Position numbers and translations under genes: made by a program
In this document: positions 4,500 through 5,018 of the stretch, piece after piece
Layout of the letters: every line of letters starts with the position of its first letter
Position numbering within the stretch: the stretch's first letter is position 1
Source of the DNA: a virus
Direction: 5' to 3' (one strand)
DNA length: 5,018 nt
IMG/VR virus record: IMGVR_UViG_3300029709_000161
Span: 1-5,018 of that record
Notes under the pieces: model-generated
What the model was told of the DNA's origin: nothing
Seen by the model: the letters and a program-made list of their open reading frames with translations, nothing else
Databases searched by the model: none

Positions 4500-4594
4500 C
4501 GAGGTAAAAAACTCACCGACCAAAGAAAGCAGAGTTGCGAGAATAGAAGCAGCCTGAAGTCATCATCCTTTCATAAAATATTTATGGGCACCTG

Positions 4595-4708
4595 TCACGG
4601 ACGGAGCAGGAGAACCAACATAGAGAAAACAGCAGCAAAAACAATGAAATAGCCAATCTCAGGGACAGAAAAGATGCCGAAACAATATTGTAAAGGTATA
4701 ATTTCCAT
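4595..4708 (-). CDS. 37-aa small hydrophobic protein (MEIIPLQYCFGIFSVPEIGYFIVFAAVFSMLVLLLRP)
   Basis: Hand translation gives an ATG at 4708 that overlaps the stop of the upstream ORF as TGATG, suggesting translational coupling. The size and hydrophobicity resemble Ff g7p and g9p (32-33 aa). There is no good SD of its own. Confidence 0.45.
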   Translation of the reverse strand: MEIIPLQYCFGIFSVPEIGYFIVFAAVFSMLVLLLRP

Positions 4709-5018
4709 CAGCTCATGCGCCCCCAAATCGCATTTTTAATCCAAGTAACAGTAGTAACAAAGACAAGGACAACAAGCAGTGCAGAAACGCAAGCTTGCGG
4801 GTTGAGAACCTGAGAGGTAGTAGTGCAATCTTCTTCATAAGGGAGCTGAATAAGTTGAGTCGAAGAGTTATAGGAATACCTTTCAGACGTATAGCCGGAC
4901 TTGTGAATCGTCTCAGTGCGTTCAATAAAAAACGTGTCTCCGAACCAATCCATAATAGAAGTGAAACTATTAGAGACATTAGGGAGGTTAGCATACAGAG
5001 CCGGAGTATCTGCGGAGC
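4708..5018 (-). CDS. Hypothetical protein with a C-terminal TM anchor, N-terminus probably beyond the window (103 or more aa)
   Basis: The track lists an 81-aa version from the ATG at 4953. By hand the same frame stays open to position 5018 (SADTPALYANLPNVSNSFTSI precedes that Met). It is S/T/Y-rich like the 392-aa protein. The C-terminus is ACVSALLVVLVFVTTVTWI followed by KNAIWGRMS. I prefer it over the overlapping Leu-rich 93-aa ORF. Confidence 0.5.
   Translation of the reverse strand, partial: SADTPALYANLPNVSNSFTSIMDWFGDTFFIERTETIHKSGYTSERYSYNSSTQLIQLPYEEDCTTTSQVLNPQACVSALLVVLVFVTTVTWIKNAIWGRMS

Larger units (their letters stand above)
1..5018 (-). mobile_element. Segment of an inovirus-like filamentous ssDNA phage or prophage; boundaries not in window
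   Basis: All supported genes are co-oriented on the minus strand. Gene content matches filamentous phages: a rolling-circle Rep, a roughly 80-aa SSB, a Zot/pI-like ATPase, a protein with a signal peptide plus C-terminal anchor, and several 37-55 aa hydrophobic ORFs. Several gene junctions overlap (ATGA, TGATG). Both window ends lie inside open frames. Confidence 0.75.

Noticed and set aside
4560-4574. Possible TGA reassignment (genetic code 4 or 25), because ATG AAA GGA TGA TGA runs in frame into the coat-like ORF and would give a signal-peptide-like extension.
   Set aside because: TGA is the evident stop of rep (tandem TGA TGA followed by the SSB SD), of the 392-aa gene and of the 55-aa and 37-aa ORFs. 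All of these have sensible coupled downstream starts. Reading TGA as sense would run the 37-aa ORF on into sequence that does not look coding.
4713-4994. The 93-aa ORF overlapping the anchored-protein ORF in another frame.
   Set aside because: It has a Leu-rich composition (runs such as LLSLSLLLLLLGL) typical of an off-frame read. The competing frame has composition like the other structural protein and a terminal TM anchor. Its stop is coupled (TGATG) to the next ORF.
1-5018. CRISPR arrays, rRNA genes, IS elements or terminal inverted repeats, and integrase or recombinase genes.
   Set aside because: No regularly spaced direct repeats, no rRNA-like segments, and no transposase- or integrase-like ORFs or motifs are present in any frame of this window.

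Overview
The window looks like a segment of a filamentous ssDNA phage or prophage (inovirus-like). Every gene I can support is on the minus strand, and both window edges fall inside ORFs, so the element boundaries are not visible. Reading the minus strand from high to low coordinates, the content is as follows. (1) A 5'-partial ORF with a C-terminal membrane anchor. (2) Two tiny hydrophobic ORFs of 37 and 42 aa. (3) A strong hairpin terminator. (4) A short Zot/pI-type P-loop morphogenesis ATPase, followed by another terminator. (5) A roughly 330-nt GC-rich, hairpin-dense non-coding region, a candidate origin or packaging region. (6) A near-consensus sigma70 promoter. (7) A Rep_trans-type rolling-circle replication initiator. 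(8) An 80-aa gVp-like ssDNA-binding protein. (9) A tRNA-Gln(CUG) gene bracketed by hairpins. (10) A 392-aa serine-rich secreted and membrane-anchored adsorption-like protein. (11) Two more tiny hydrophobic ORFs of 43 and 55 aa joined by overlapping stop/start codons. (12) A 3'-partial ORF. Strong GAAAGGnGG Shine-Dalgarno sites and the absence of a secretin in the window suggest a Gram-positive-type host, but this is inference. The points most worth follow-up are the tRNA embedded in the phage core module, the minimal ATPase with an N-terminal membrane helix, the structured intergenic region, and the four small ORFs the ORF track misses. Family assignments rest on motifs recalled from memory; no database search was possible.
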